This document shows positions 30,078 through 39,503 of a DNA stretch of 64,000 nucleotides, in pieces. Source of the DNA: an uncultured Ruminococcus sp. (GTDB lineage Bacteria; Bacillota; Clostridia; Oscillospirales; CAG-272); assembly GCA_964384555.1 (NCBI GenBank), contig CAYLLA010000001.1, forward strand, positions 6,286 to 70,285, in the 5' to 3' direction. The translations under genes and the position numbers were made by a program. Each line of letters begins with the position of its first letter. Positions within the stretch are counted from its first letter, which is position 1. The notes below the pieces were generated by a model, which searched no databases, was not told the DNA's origin, and saw nothing but the letters and a program-made list of their open reading frames with translations.

Positions 30078-31565
30078 ATGAAAAAAAGAAGCTGCCGAAC
30101 GATAGCGGCGATGCTTGCGGTGCTCATGCTTTTGCCGATACTGCTTTGCGTATCCTCGGCAAAAAATAATAGCGTCTCCCCCTCCGAGGGTGTCTTTCGC
30201 ATTCGCAACGCAAAAACAGGCGAGTACCTGACGGCCTATCTCAACGCTTCGCGCGGAGAGGGCAAGGCCTATATGGCACCGCTTGATAAAAACAACGAGG
30301 CACAGATATTCCTTTTGCGTAAGACAGATGGCGGCAGTTACGTCATATGGCCGCAAAACGACACATCTCTTTATTGCTTTGCGTATTCAAAAAGCACGTC
30401 TGCAGGCTCGCCGGTGGTGAAATTACTTACCGAGGACGAGCGCGCGCATTTTGATATCCTTGAGCTTCGCTCGGGTGCGTGCACGATAGCGCCGGCGGGC
30501 GGCGATTCTCAAACTTCCGCCATCGGCATCAGTGATGATATCTCATATTACAGTGACGATCTTGTTGAATTTCTCGATTACAAGGCAGGGGACGGCAGAT
30601 TTGAATGGTACTTTGAGCCTGTCCTGACCGAGGCCATTACCATGGCGTTTACAAATACCGATGTAAAGCTTTATTCCACAGGCCGCTTTTATGCAAGGCT
30701 CAAGCCCTACAATTATATGCAGGAGCGCGTTGAGTGGACGTCAAGCAACGAGGATGTTTTGATGGTGGGCGAGCTTGGAATGTATACCGCGCTCTCGCTC
30801 GGTACGGCGACCGTCACGGCCGCGGTGGACGGAGTGAAAAAGTCCTTCCGTGTTACCGTAACGGATAAGGCCGCGTTTACATGGTACAGCCAACGCAGTA
30901 CGCAAAACAGCGATTGGGATTCGTCTATCCTTACCGATCTTTATTTTTGGAGCGGCGGGGTAAAGCTCAGATACGCGGCGGATTACCGAAATATGTCGGT
31001 AAATTCATGGATGCGTGAGGGCTGTGCCATCTGCTCTGTCGCCATGGTACTGCATAATCTCGGCGCGGTGCTTGAGCGCGGGTATGATCTGCGCTCGGGG
31101 CAGACGGGCAATCTGCCGGCCGACCCGTATACCGTTACCCTTGCAAATACATATAATTTCGGCCCCACATCAACCGCCGAGCTACTCTACGGCGACCCCA
31201 TCCTTGCATCATGGAACGCCATCGCCTCCCGCTTTTTTGTGGACGGCAAGGCTGTGGGATGCCGCAAGATATACTACCCAAGCCCCAGGCGAATTGCCGA
31301 TCTTTTAGAGGATCACCCCGCGGGTATCGTTGTGGAGTTTAGAAAGTCAAGCGGCTCGCACTATGTGGTGTTCGGCAAATGCCTCAATCCGGAGGCCAAA
31401 AACCAATACGACCTTGAATTTGAGGTGTACGATCCGCTCGGCTACACTGCCGATCAGGGGGATGGTGTCAGCTACGAGCGCACGGCATCCTATCTTGTGG
31501 GCGGCTTTGGCATGGGTACTATGTATTCGGCCATGATATACGATCTTGCCGACCGCGTGGGATGA
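30078..31565 (+). CDS. secreted multidomain protein: beta-trefoil/ricin-like N-domain, Big_2 Ig-like domain, C-terminal C39-like cysteine peptidase-like domain
   Basis: Signal peptide MKKRSCRTIAAMLAVLMLLPILLCVSSA. FRIRNAKTGEYL...AQIFLL...YVIW repeats are lectin-like. VEWTSSNEDVLMV...GTATVTAAVDGVKKSFRVTV is a Big_2 pattern. GCAICSVAMVLHN and SGSHYVVF look like a papain/C39-like Cys/His pair. Confidence 0.6.
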   Translation: MKKRSCRTIAAMLAVLMLLPILLCVSSAKNNSVSPSEGVFRIRNAKTGEYLTAYLNASRGEGKAYMAPLDKNNEAQIFLLRKTDGGSYVIWPQNDTSLYCFAYSKSTSAGSPVVKLLTEDERAHFDILELRSGACTIAPAGGDSQTSAIGISDDISYYSDDLVEFLDYKAGDGRFEWYFEPVLTEAITMAFTNTDVKLYSTGRFYARLKPYNYMQERVEWTSSNEDVLMVGELGMYTALSLGTATVTAAVDGVKKSFRVTVTDKAAFTWYSQRSTQNSDWDSSILTDLYFWSGGVKLRYAADYRNMSVNSWMREGCAICSVAMVLHNLGAVLERGYDLRSGQTGNLPADPYTVTLANTYNFGPTSTAELLYGDPILASWNAIASRFFVDGKAVGCRKIYYPSPRRIADLLEDHPAGIVVEFRKSSGSHYVVFGKCLNPEAKNQYDLEFEVYDPLGYTADQGDGVSYERTASYLVGGFGMGTMYSAMIYDLADRVG

Positions 31566-31669
31566 CAGAGGAGCCGGACCGCAAAAGCAGAAATCCAAAA
31601 AGATCAAAAAAGATCTAAAAAGACCTAAACGAAAGGAAGCCCGAGCCAAGACACGGGTGAAAAATCAAA

Positions 31670-31963
31670 ATGATAGCTACACTTGTTTTTGTTGATGTAA
31701 AGCCGGAATGCGTTGAGGCGTTCCGCGAGATCTCCTGCTACAATCACGATAATTCAAGGCTCGAGGAGGGTTGCGTGCGCTTTGATGTGCTTCAAAGCCG
31801 CGAGGATCCCGCTCAGTTTGTGCTGTACGAGGTCTACCGCGATGAGGAATCAGCCGCGGCGCATAAAAAAACAGCGCATTATCTGCGCTGGCGCGATGAG
31901 GTAGCACCTTATATGAACAGTCCGCGCCGCGCCGTGCATACCACGCCCGCCGCCTTTGATTGA
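31670..31963 (+). CDS. antibiotic biosynthesis monooxygenase (ABM)/YgiN-like putative quinol monooxygenase
   Basis: 97 aa ferredoxin-like fold pattern: FRE...NSRLEEGCVRFDVLQSREDPAQFVLYEVYRDEESAAAHKKTAHY. Confidence 0.75.
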   Translation: MIATLVFVDVKPECVEAFREISCYNHDNSRLEEGCVRFDVLQSREDPAQFVLYEVYRDEESAAAHKKTAHYLRWRDEVAPYMNSPRRAVHTTPAAFD

Positions 31964-32092
31964 GCGGATCAAAAAAACACGAGGCCGCGCGATATGATTC
32001 GGCGGCCCCGTGAAAAAGTATTTAGCGGAATAATAAAATAAAATATCTAAAAGATCAAAGCACCCAATGCTTGCGGGGGACGACTGCCGCGC

Positions 32093-32635
32093 TTAAAACA
32101 GATAGTTCATCTGCCCTGCCAGCAGGGCGGTCACGCCGCGGTATATCACCTCGGGCCGATCGTTAAAATACGCCTTCATGCGCTTGGCGCGATCCTCGCT
32201 GTCAACTGTAAGTCGAGTGCTGAATATCAGCTCTTTCTTTTCCGTCATCTCGCAGATAACGTCATATTTGCCGTCATCTTTTTTTTCAATGCGGCAGGAG
32301 GCAACTATCTCGCGCCGTGCAAAATCAAGGTAGCGCAGTGCCGCCGCAAGTGCCTGATCGAGGATGGAGGACAAAATGTCTGATTTCAGCTCCTCCGCCA
32401 CGCATTTGCCCTTTGCGGTGACCTCGTAGTAGGTGACGCCCTCACTCTCAAAGGAGGATATCAGGTCGCCATCCACCATTTCGATAAACGCCTCTGCAAA
32501 ATCAATGTACATTACATAGTCTGTTTGCATGACTATATCGTTTATGGTGCAAAAGTCAAGCGGGTAATTTATATTGTCGAGCAGGTAAAGAACAAATATT
32601 TTTACGTTGTTTTTGCTTCCTATCGGAGAACTCAC
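32093..32635 (-). CDS. DUF4364-family protein (putative wHTH regulator common in Clostridia)
   Basis: 180 aa. The N-terminal pattern KIFVLYLLDNINYPLDFCTINDIVMQTDYVMYIDFAEAF resembles DUF4364 proteins. This assignment is from memory of the family. Confidence 0.5.
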   Translation of the reverse strand: MSSPIGSKNNVKIFVLYLLDNINYPLDFCTINDIVMQTDYVMYIDFAEAFIEMVDGDLISSFESEGVTYYEVTAKGKCVAEELKSDILSSILDQALAAALRYLDFARREIVASCRIEKKDDGKYDVICEMTEKKELIFSTRLTVDSEDRAKRMKAYFNDRPEVIYRGVTALLAGQMNYLF

Positions 32636-32850
32636 GTTCGTTTCCTCCCATTGGTCACAGCGACCGTCAGATGTTTTATATTATTTTATCATATTATGCG
32701 GCATACTTCAATAGCTTTTGAGAAATTTTCCTCTGCAAAAAATACGCACCCCGCGACAGCGGCATTCTCTCTGAATAAAAATAAAAGATAATGAAAACAA
32801 AAGACCCGATAGGATCTAAACAAATCTAAATAAAAAAGGAATCCCCAAAA

Positions 32851-34065
32851 ATGATCAACATTGCATTGCTCGGCTTTGGCACGGTCGGTTCCGGCGTTGC
32901 CGAGGTCATCGACCAAAACCGCAAACTTATCGAAACAAGACTTGGCGAGGAGATAAATGTAAAGTACATCCTCGACCTTCGCGAATTCCCGCAAAGCCCC
33001 TATGCCGATCGCATAGTGCATGATATATCCGTCATCCTTGGCGATGACAGTGTCAGCATCGTGGCCGAGATGATGGGGGGTGTGCACCCTGCCGCCGACT
33101 TTACGCGCGCCTGCCTTGAGGCGGGGAAGAGCGTTGTGACATCCAACAAGGCCGTTGTGGCCGCGCTGGGAGATGAGCTGCTGTGTGTAGCCCGCGAGCA
33201 CGGTGTGCGCTATCTCTTTGAGGCCTCTGTGGGCGGCGGTATCCCTGTCCTGCGTCCGCTTATCGATGATCTTGCCGATAACGAGATAAGCTCTGTGGCG
33301 GGTATACTCAACGGGACCACAAACTTTATCCTTACCGAGATGAAAAACAGCGGCACGCCGTTTGATACGGTGCTTCGCCGTGCGCAGGAGCTGGGCTATG
33401 CCGAGGCCGACCCCTCGGCAGATGTTGACGGCTTTGATGCCGCGCGTAAGATAATAATTCTTGCCGCCATCGCTTACGGCAAGCTGTTGCCGCTTGATGC
33501 GGTGAGCGTGGAGGGAATACGCAATATCCCTGCGGAGGATGTAGCGCTTTTGGCCACGGCCGGTATCTCGGTAAAGCTTATCGCATATGCGGAGCGTACA
33601 AAGGACGGCAGGATATACGCCGCCGTCTCCCCGCGTGCGGTACTGCCCGCATGCCCCCTTTGCCATGTTGACGATGTTTTCAACGGCGTGCTTATCAGCT
33701 GTAATATGCTTGGCGATGCCATGTTCTACGGCCGCGGTGCGGGCAAGCTGCCCACCGCCAGTGCCGTTGTGGCGGATATCATCGATGCCGCCGAGCGCCC
33801 CTCTGCCAAGCCCGCAAGACTTAACTGGTCACCCGCCACGGCGGATGATGTTGCCCCCGCCGCAGCCGCCGTTTGCCGACGTTGCTTTATACTTGACGGC
33901 GAGCCGAGCGAGATCCCCGCTGCTTGCACAGAGGATGGCACTCTGACCGTTGAGGGTGAGGGCGGCTCTGCCATCATTACCGCCAAGGCCATGAGTGAGG
34001 AGGAGACCGCCGCCGTGCTCGCCTCCCTCGGTAGCGCCTGCCGCAGGTGCTACAAGGTCATATAA
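32851..34065 (+). CDS. hom: homoserine dehydrogenase (with C-terminal ACT-like domain)
   Basis: 404 aa. NAD-binding GFGTVGSGV, the catalytic region VVTSNKAVVA...EASVGGGIP, and ILNGTTNFILT. Confidence 0.93.
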   Translation: MINIALLGFGTVGSGVAEVIDQNRKLIETRLGEEINVKYILDLREFPQSPYADRIVHDISVILGDDSVSIVAEMMGGVHPAADFTRACLEAGKSVVTSNKAVVAALGDELLCVAREHGVRYLFEASVGGGIPVLRPLIDDLADNEISSVAGILNGTTNFILTEMKNSGTPFDTVLRRAQELGYAEADPSADVDGFDAARKIIILAAIAYGKLLPLDAVSVEGIRNIPAEDVALLATAGISVKLIAYAERTKDGRIYAAVSPRAVLPACPLCHVDDVFNGVLISCNMLGDAMFYGRGAGKLPTASAVVADIIDAAERPSAKPARLNWSPATADDVAPAAAAVCRRCFILDGEPSEIPAACTEDGTLTVEGEGGSAIITAKAMSEEETAAVLASLGSACRRCYKVI

Positions 34066-34133
34066 TGCCGCGGTGCTTGACTTTTGGAGCGCGGAAGATG
34101 AAGACGATATAAATAAAAAACGAAATAAAACAA

Positions 34134-34170
34134 ACACAGACCGGATCCATGTGGATACGGTCTGTGTTTT
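34134..34170. terminator. bidirectional terminator between hom (+) and the zinc-ribbon gene (-)
   Basis: acacagaccg (34134-34143) pairs with cggtctgtgt (34158-34167), with an A-run before it and T4 after it. Confidence 0.75.
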
Positions 34171-34187
34171 GGCACTGTAAGACGGTA

Positions 34188-34562
34188 TTATGCCTCGGCA
34201 TCCGCGGCTTTGGCGCGGCGCTCGGCCAAGTGCTTGCCGTGGCAAACGCTGCAGTAAACAGGCTTATCAGCCGAGGGCTCAAAGGGAAGCTTGGCCTCCG
34301 CTCCGCACTCGTCGCAAACAGCATAGTAGTATGTACGCTCGGTCTGGCTCTTTGCCTTTTTGGCATTGCGGCACTCGCGGCATCTCTTGGGCTTGTTTAC
34401 ATAGCCCTTTTCCTTGTAAAATGCCTGTTCGCCCGCGCTAAAGACAAACTCCTTACCGCATTCCACGCAAACCAGCGTTTCATCCATAAATTCCTGCTGT
34501 TCCTCCGCGGCGACTTCTGCTGTTGCTTCAAGCTCCTCTGCCATTACTTTTTCCTCGTTCAT
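34188..34562 (-). CDS. zinc-ribbon (zf-trcl-like, CxxC...CxxC) protein
   Basis: 124 aa. Acidic N-terminus, then CVECGKEFVFSAGEQAFYKEKGYVNKPKRCRECR and CDECGAEAKLPFEPSADKPVYCSVCH, giving two CxxC pairs each. Confidence 0.55.
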   Translation of the reverse strand: MNEEKVMAEELEATAEVAAEEQQEFMDETLVCVECGKEFVFSAGEQAFYKEKGYVNKPKRCRECRNAKKAKSQTERTYYYAVCDECGAEAKLPFEPSADKPVYCSVCHGKHLAERRAKAADAEA

Positions 34563-34644
34563 TTTTTGCTCCTCCGTGTGAAAATTGTATATTTTCCTGC
34601 GGCGAGCTTCATGCGCGGAAATGTATGACGATTCGCGGCAGGCT

Positions 34645-35286
34645 TTATATATTATTTGGGTGCTGTCTTTTTTCTGACAGTATCGTTCTTAGTTTTTTTC
34701 GTACTCTGAAAATTGCGTTCTCAATTGATTTTTTGGTCTTTCCGGTAGCGGCCGCTATCTCATCGGCACCTGCTCCGGAATAGTACAGCCACCAAACCTT
34801 GCGCTCAAGCTCGGAGAGATTGCTGTCTATCAATCGGCGCAGTGAACGCTCGTCCTCCCGCTCTATCACAGAGTCAGCAGGGGAGGGTGCGCTGACACCG
34901 GGTGCATCATCCATCGGAACATATTCAATGCGTTGGCGGTTTCGCGTTATCCGCCGCAGTGCGCTTATCATTGCTTTGTTAACGCACACCTTGGCGTACA
35001 GGCCGAATTTTACGTCACCCCTAAGTGGGTCGTATTTTTGTACGGCACGATGAAAAGCCAGGAGAGCCTCCTGCTGTAATTCTTCAATATCCTGTTCGCT
35101 TACCTCGCCGCGGTATTGCTGTACCGCCGCCCTCAGCATGGGAGCATATATTTCCGTAAGATCGGAAAAAGCCTTCTCGTCGCCGTTTTTGGCGCACCAA
35201 AGAAGCCGCAAGTGCTCTGTATCCTGCTGGGAACTGCATTCTGACCGTTCAAGATGCGAGGGGGTTGGGTCCTTTTTGCCTTCCAT
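34645..35286 (-). CDS. SigH(Spo0H)-like sigma-70 family RNA polymerase sigma factor
   Basis: 213 aa. Region 2 (QEALLAFHRAVQKYDP...FGLYAKVCVNKAMISALRR) and region 4 (LSELERKVWWLYYSG.GADEIAAATGKTKKSIENAIFRVRKKL) follow the B. subtilis SigH pattern. Confidence 0.65.
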   Translation of the reverse strand: MEGKKDPTPSHLERSECSSQQDTEHLRLLWCAKNGDEKAFSDLTEIYAPMLRAAVQQYRGEVSEQDIEELQQEALLAFHRAVQKYDPLRGDVKFGLYAKVCVNKAMISALRRITRNRQRIEYVPMDDAPGVSAPSPADSVIEREDERSLRRLIDSNLSELERKVWWLYYSGAGADEIAAATGKTKKSIENAIFRVRKKLRTILSEKRQHPNNI

Positions 35287-35573
35287 TGGTGAAACCGAGT
35301 TCCTTTTCCTTGTTTATACATATTTATTATAAAGCAACTTGAGGCAAATGTCAATAGCTTACGCAAAAAATATTGCACAAATTGATAAATATTTTTGAAT
35401 GAGATATCAAAAAAGCTTAAAAACCATGAAAAAGTTCATTTTTTAGCGATTATTCGCACAAAAATCGGGCGCGTCGCGGTGGAGGGGGGAGCTGTCGCGG
35501 GAATGGTGCGGCGGGTATCTGCATTATCTCGCTCCAAATATGACGGTAAATTTGTTAAAAACGCCGATTTTGA

Positions 35574-35602
35574 TTGACACGGCGGCAATTGCATGGTATA
35601 AT
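35574..35602 (+). promoter_or_regulatory. promoter of pepF
   Basis: TTGACA (35574-35579), 17-nt spacer, TATAAT (35597-35602) with an extended -10 TGg. Confidence 0.65.
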
Positions 35603-35693
35603 TGATATAATAAAAAAATGCTGACCATCGGTGCCCCGCGGCACACCATCGTGCCGTGATCATCCGATAAGATAAGAAAGGAAATATCAAAAA

Positions 35694-37484
35694 ATGATAA
35701 CAAGAAAAGAAGCCGATCCCCGCTATACATGGGATTTTACGCATATCTTCAAAACGCGTGAGGCGTTTTGGAAAGCATACGCCGATTGCGAAAACAAAAT
35801 AGCCGATGTTGCAAAATATCGCGGCCATCTCGGCGATTCCGCCGCCGCACTTGCCGAAGCGCTTGATGCCGTCTACGCGCTTGAGGAAAAGATCGAGCTG
35901 GTATTGTCCTATGCATTCCTCCACGCCGCCGCAGACAGCTCCGACCCGGAATATCAAGAGCTTAATGCTCACGCCACGTCGCTTTATGTAAAGCTCAGCT
36001 CCGCGCTCGCTTTTATGAGCCCCGAACTTATCGCCATCGGCAGCGAAACACTTGAGAGCTGGCTGGGCACCGAGCCGAAGCTTGAAAAATACGCATTCAG
36101 CATTCGCGACCAGCTCCGCTCACAGGAGCATGTGCTCGATCCCGCACGCGAGGCAATGCTTGCCGAGCTTGGTGAGGTCACCGAGGCGGCCGGTGAGTGC
36201 TACAGCATGCTTACAAACGTTGATATGGAGTTCCCGACCGTTAAAATGTCGGACGGAAGTGATGCGCCCCTCTCCAACGGCAACTTTGGTGTCTACCGCG
36301 AGAATTCCGACCGCGAGGTCCGCCGCGATGCATTTGAAAAGTTCTTTGGAACATACAAAAAATACGTCAATACCTTTGCCGCCACCTATGGCGGATCGGT
36401 CAAAAACGATTGCGTAAGAGCAAAGCTGCGCGGCTTTGACTCGGCCTGTGAGGCGGCTCTCTTTGCCGGAAATGTGCCGGTATCAGTATATGATTCACTG
36501 GTTAGCGCCATTCATGATGCACTTCCGTCCATGAAGCGCTATCTTGAGCTTCGCCGCCGCGCCATGAAAGCTGAAAGCATCGATATGTTTGATCTTTATG
36601 TTCCGATCGTGGACGGCGTGGATGCTCCCATGCCCTACGAGGATGCCAAAACTCTGGTCAAGGAGGCACTAAAGCCATTTGGCGAGCGCTACGGCGAGCT
36701 GCTTGACCGCGCATACAACGAGCACTGGATCGATGTCTACGAAAACCGCGGTAAACGCTCCGGCGCGTTCTCCTCCGGCGTTTACGGCGTGCATCCCTAT
36801 GTCATGCTCAACTATACCGATACACTTGACGATGCCTTTACCCTCGCTCACGAGCTTGGCCACGCCATGCACTCTTATTTCTCAAGCGAGTCGCAGGATT
36901 ACGTCAACAGCAATTACCGCATAATGGTCGCGGAGGTCGCATCCACCGTCAACGAGGTAATGCTTACAAAATTCCTTCTCGCGCATGAGAACGATCCCGG
37001 CCGCCGTGCGTATATCCTCAATCACTTCCTTGAGGGCTTCCGCACCACCGTCTTCCGCCAGACACTCTTTGCCGAGTTTGAACGCCGCACACATGCCATG
37101 TATGAGGCAGGTCAGCCCCTGACCGCCAAGGCGCTGTCCGATGTGTATTACGAGCTTATCTCCACCTACTACGAGGGCGCGGAGATCAACGATATAATGC
37201 GCTATGAGTGGACGTATATCCCTCACTTCTACACCGCGTTCTATGTTTACCAGTACGCCACCGGCTTTTGCAGTGCAGTATCTATCGCAGGCAGGATAGC
37301 CGCAGGCGAGGATCCCTCGGGCTACCTCAAGTTCCTCACCCTCGGCGGCTCCGCCCACCCGCTTGATGAGCTTAAAACTGCGGGCATCGATCTTACAAAG
37401 CCGGATACCGTGGCCGATGCCATGCGTATATTTGACGAGACGATAACCGAATTTTCTGAGCTTCTCGATTCTCTCCAAAAGTAA
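35694..37484 (+). CDS. pepF: oligoendopeptidase F (M3B)
   Basis: 596 aa. HELGHAMH zinc motif and the M3B-typical N-terminus (W.L..IF...E.W). Confidence 0.92.
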   Translation: MITRKEADPRYTWDFTHIFKTREAFWKAYADCENKIADVAKYRGHLGDSAAALAEALDAVYALEEKIELVLSYAFLHAAADSSDPEYQELNAHATSLYVKLSSALAFMSPELIAIGSETLESWLGTEPKLEKYAFSIRDQLRSQEHVLDPAREAMLAELGEVTEAAGECYSMLTNVDMEFPTVKMSDGSDAPLSNGNFGVYRENSDREVRRDAFEKFFGTYKKYVNTFAATYGGSVKNDCVRAKLRGFDSACEAALFAGNVPVSVYDSLVSAIHDALPSMKRYLELRRRAMKAESIDMFDLYVPIVDGVDAPMPYEDAKTLVKEALKPFGERYGELLDRAYNEHWIDVYENRGKRSGAFSSGVYGVHPYVMLNYTDTLDDAFTLAHELGHAMHSYFSSESQDYVNSNYRIMVAEVASTVNEVMLTKFLLAHENDPGRRAYILNHFLEGFRTTVFRQTLFAEFERRTHAMYEAGQPLTAKALSDVYYELISTYYEGAEINDIMRYEWTYIPHFYTAFYVYQYATGFCSAVSIAGRIAAGEDPSGYLKFLTLGGSAHPLDELKTAGIDLTKPDTVADAMRIFDETITEFSELLDSLQK

Positions 37485-37598
37485 ACCGCACATACCCCAA
37501 AAACAGCAAATAAGATACCCACCCAAGTAAAAAAATAAGACAACAGGCTGAAATGCCGCCCGAGAGCCATCGGGCGGCAGACCGGAAAGGTTAACGGT

Positions 37599-39419
37599 AT
37601 GATAAAAACAAAACGTTTCTTTGTAAGACACTTGGCACTCATCCTTGCTTTGATAATGCTCCTGCCCCTTGCCGCATGCGTGCAGCAGGGCGGTGGAGAT
37701 ACCACCACCGAGCCACCAGAGACCCAGCCGCCGATCGAGCCTGTGGTGCTTGATCTTTCGGCTTATAAGATCGTAAGAGAAACAGACTATACCGAAGATT
37801 ACCGCAATTGCCTTAAGGCTCTGCGCACGGGAATTGAGGAACGTGTCGGCGTAAAGCTTGATGTGTCCGAGGACTTTATATATTCCACTACACCGGATAT
37901 CACAAAACCCGCCTGCGAGATCCTTATAGGTAATACCAACCGCCCGGAGTCGATAAAGTATCTCTCCGAGCTTCGCGAAAAGGACTTTGTTGTTACATAC
38001 GAAAACGAGCGCGTTATAATCCTCGGCGGCAATGCGCAGTCCACCATGCAAGCGGTAGAGTACTTCCTTGAAAACTACGTCAGTCGCGAGGACAAGAGCA
38101 TTACCGTTTACACCAACCGTGTGGATCTTGTGCGCCATGAATATGAGGTGGGCATCGTTACCCTTAACGGCGCCAGGATCACCGATTACAGCGTGGTCTA
38201 TCCGGAGGGGGATACACTGGCTTGCTACGCCGCAGAGAACTTTGCCGCGGCACTGCATGATGCGGCGGGCGTTATGCTGACCGTCACCGCAGACAGCGCA
38301 TCCGATGCCGAAAAGGAGCGCGAGATACTGATAGGTGCAACAAACCGCGAGGAAAGCGCCGCACTTGCTTACACCGCTCTTGCGGACGGCGAATATCTTT
38401 TGTCCGCTGTCGGAAAAAAGATAGTTGCACTCGGTAAAGGCTATATGGTAGGCGGCGGCGCCGGTGCGCTCCTTAATGATATGATAAGATCCGGCGAACA
38501 CGGTGCGGATATAAGCGTTACTGTGCCGGAGAATGCGGCGGCAAAGGAATTTTTGTTCCGTGAGGCTCGCAATGCCATACTTATGATAGGCGACGGTATG
38601 GGGCGCAACCATATCCTTGCTGCAAACAAGGAGGGCATGGGCGGCTTTTATGCCGATACACTGCCGGTGGTCGGTACATGCACGACCTATTCTTATTCGG
38701 TAAAACCGCTCGGTTCTGCATCCTATACCGATAGTGCCGCGGCCGCCACCGCGCTATCATCCGGATATAAAACGATAAACGGATATGTGGGACTTGATAA
38801 CAGAAAGAACTCAAAGCAAAATGTGCGTGAGCTTGCGGCCTCCAAGGGCGCAAGGACCGCCGTGCTGACGACCGATGTTATCACAGGTGCAACTCCCGCA
38901 GGCTTTACCGCCCACACGGACAGCCGCAACAATACACAGGATATTCAGGATCAGATAGATGCGCTTATCAAAAACGGAGACATAGACTTCTGCCAGGGCA
39001 GTGTGGGCAACGCGCTGACCGCCAAGGCCAAGGAGGCACTCTCTATTATCTCCGCCGATGACTCAAGCTTCTTTATGATGCTCGAGGAGGCATATATAGA
39101 CAAAAACTCGCACAATAATAAGTATGATGATATGGTAATGGCCGTTAAGAGATATAACGATGCCATTGCATATGTTGTGGAGTTTGTCCTGATGCACCCG
39201 GATACCGTGCTCATCATCACCGCCGACCATGAGACAGGCGGCATAAAAAAGCTGGGCTCAACGTATAGATTCACAAAAACGACTCATACAAATACCGATG
39301 TTCCTGTATTTGCCCTCGGCGGCGGAAGCGAACGGCTGCTTACCGACTCCAAGTGCGATAATACCGAAATTGCAAAGTTCATAGCCGCCGTCTTCGGCGC
39401 GGAGAACTTTGGCAGTTGA
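37599..39419 (+). CDS. alkaline phosphatase lipoprotein with duplicated N-terminal module
   Basis: Lipobox LPLAAC. Two related N-terminal modules (EILIGNTNRPES... and EILIGATNREES...). The C-terminal PhoA-type domain has ILMIGDGMG, the YTDSAAAATALSSGYKT Ser nucleophile region, and ITADHETGG. Confidence 0.85.
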   Translation: MIKTKRFFVRHLALILALIMLLPLAACVQQGGGDTTTEPPETQPPIEPVVLDLSAYKIVRETDYTEDYRNCLKALRTGIEERVGVKLDVSEDFIYSTTPDITKPACEILIGNTNRPESIKYLSELREKDFVVTYENERVIILGGNAQSTMQAVEYFLENYVSREDKSITVYTNRVDLVRHEYEVGIVTLNGARITDYSVVYPEGDTLACYAAENFAAALHDAAGVMLTVTADSASDAEKEREILIGATNREESAALAYTALADGEYLLSAVGKKIVALGKGYMVGGGAGALLNDMIRSGEHGADISVTVPENAAAKEFLFREARNAILMIGDGMGRNHILAANKEGMGGFYADTLPVVGTCTTYSYSVKPLGSASYTDSAAAATALSSGYKTINGYVGLDNRKNSKQNVRELAASKGARTAVLTTDVITGATPAGFTAHTDSRNNTQDIQDQIDALIKNGDIDFCQGSVGNALTAKAKEALSIISADDSSFFMMLEEAYIDKNSHNNKYDDMVMAVKRYNDAIAYVVEFVLMHPDTVLIITADHETGGIKKLGSTYRFTKTTHTNTDVPVFALGGGSERLLTDSKCDNTEIAKFIAAVFGAENFGS

Positions 39420-39447
39420 AACAGCGGAAAAAGCTAAATATTAAAAG

Positions 39448-39497
39448 CACCAAAGGTCGCCGCTCGTCCGGCGGCGACCTTTGGTGTTCTTTTTTAT
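39448..39497. terminator. strong bidirectional terminator
   Basis: A perfect 16-bp stem (caccaaaggtcgccgc 39448-39463 with gcggcgacctttggtg 39471-39486), followed by ttctttttt. Confidence 0.85.
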
Positions 39498-39503
39498 GGG
39501 GTG

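Noticed and set aside
35395-35577. A 60-aa ORF in the sigma/pepF intergenic region.
   Set aside because: It has no RBS, it overlaps the predicted pepF promoter, and its sequence has no recognisable features.
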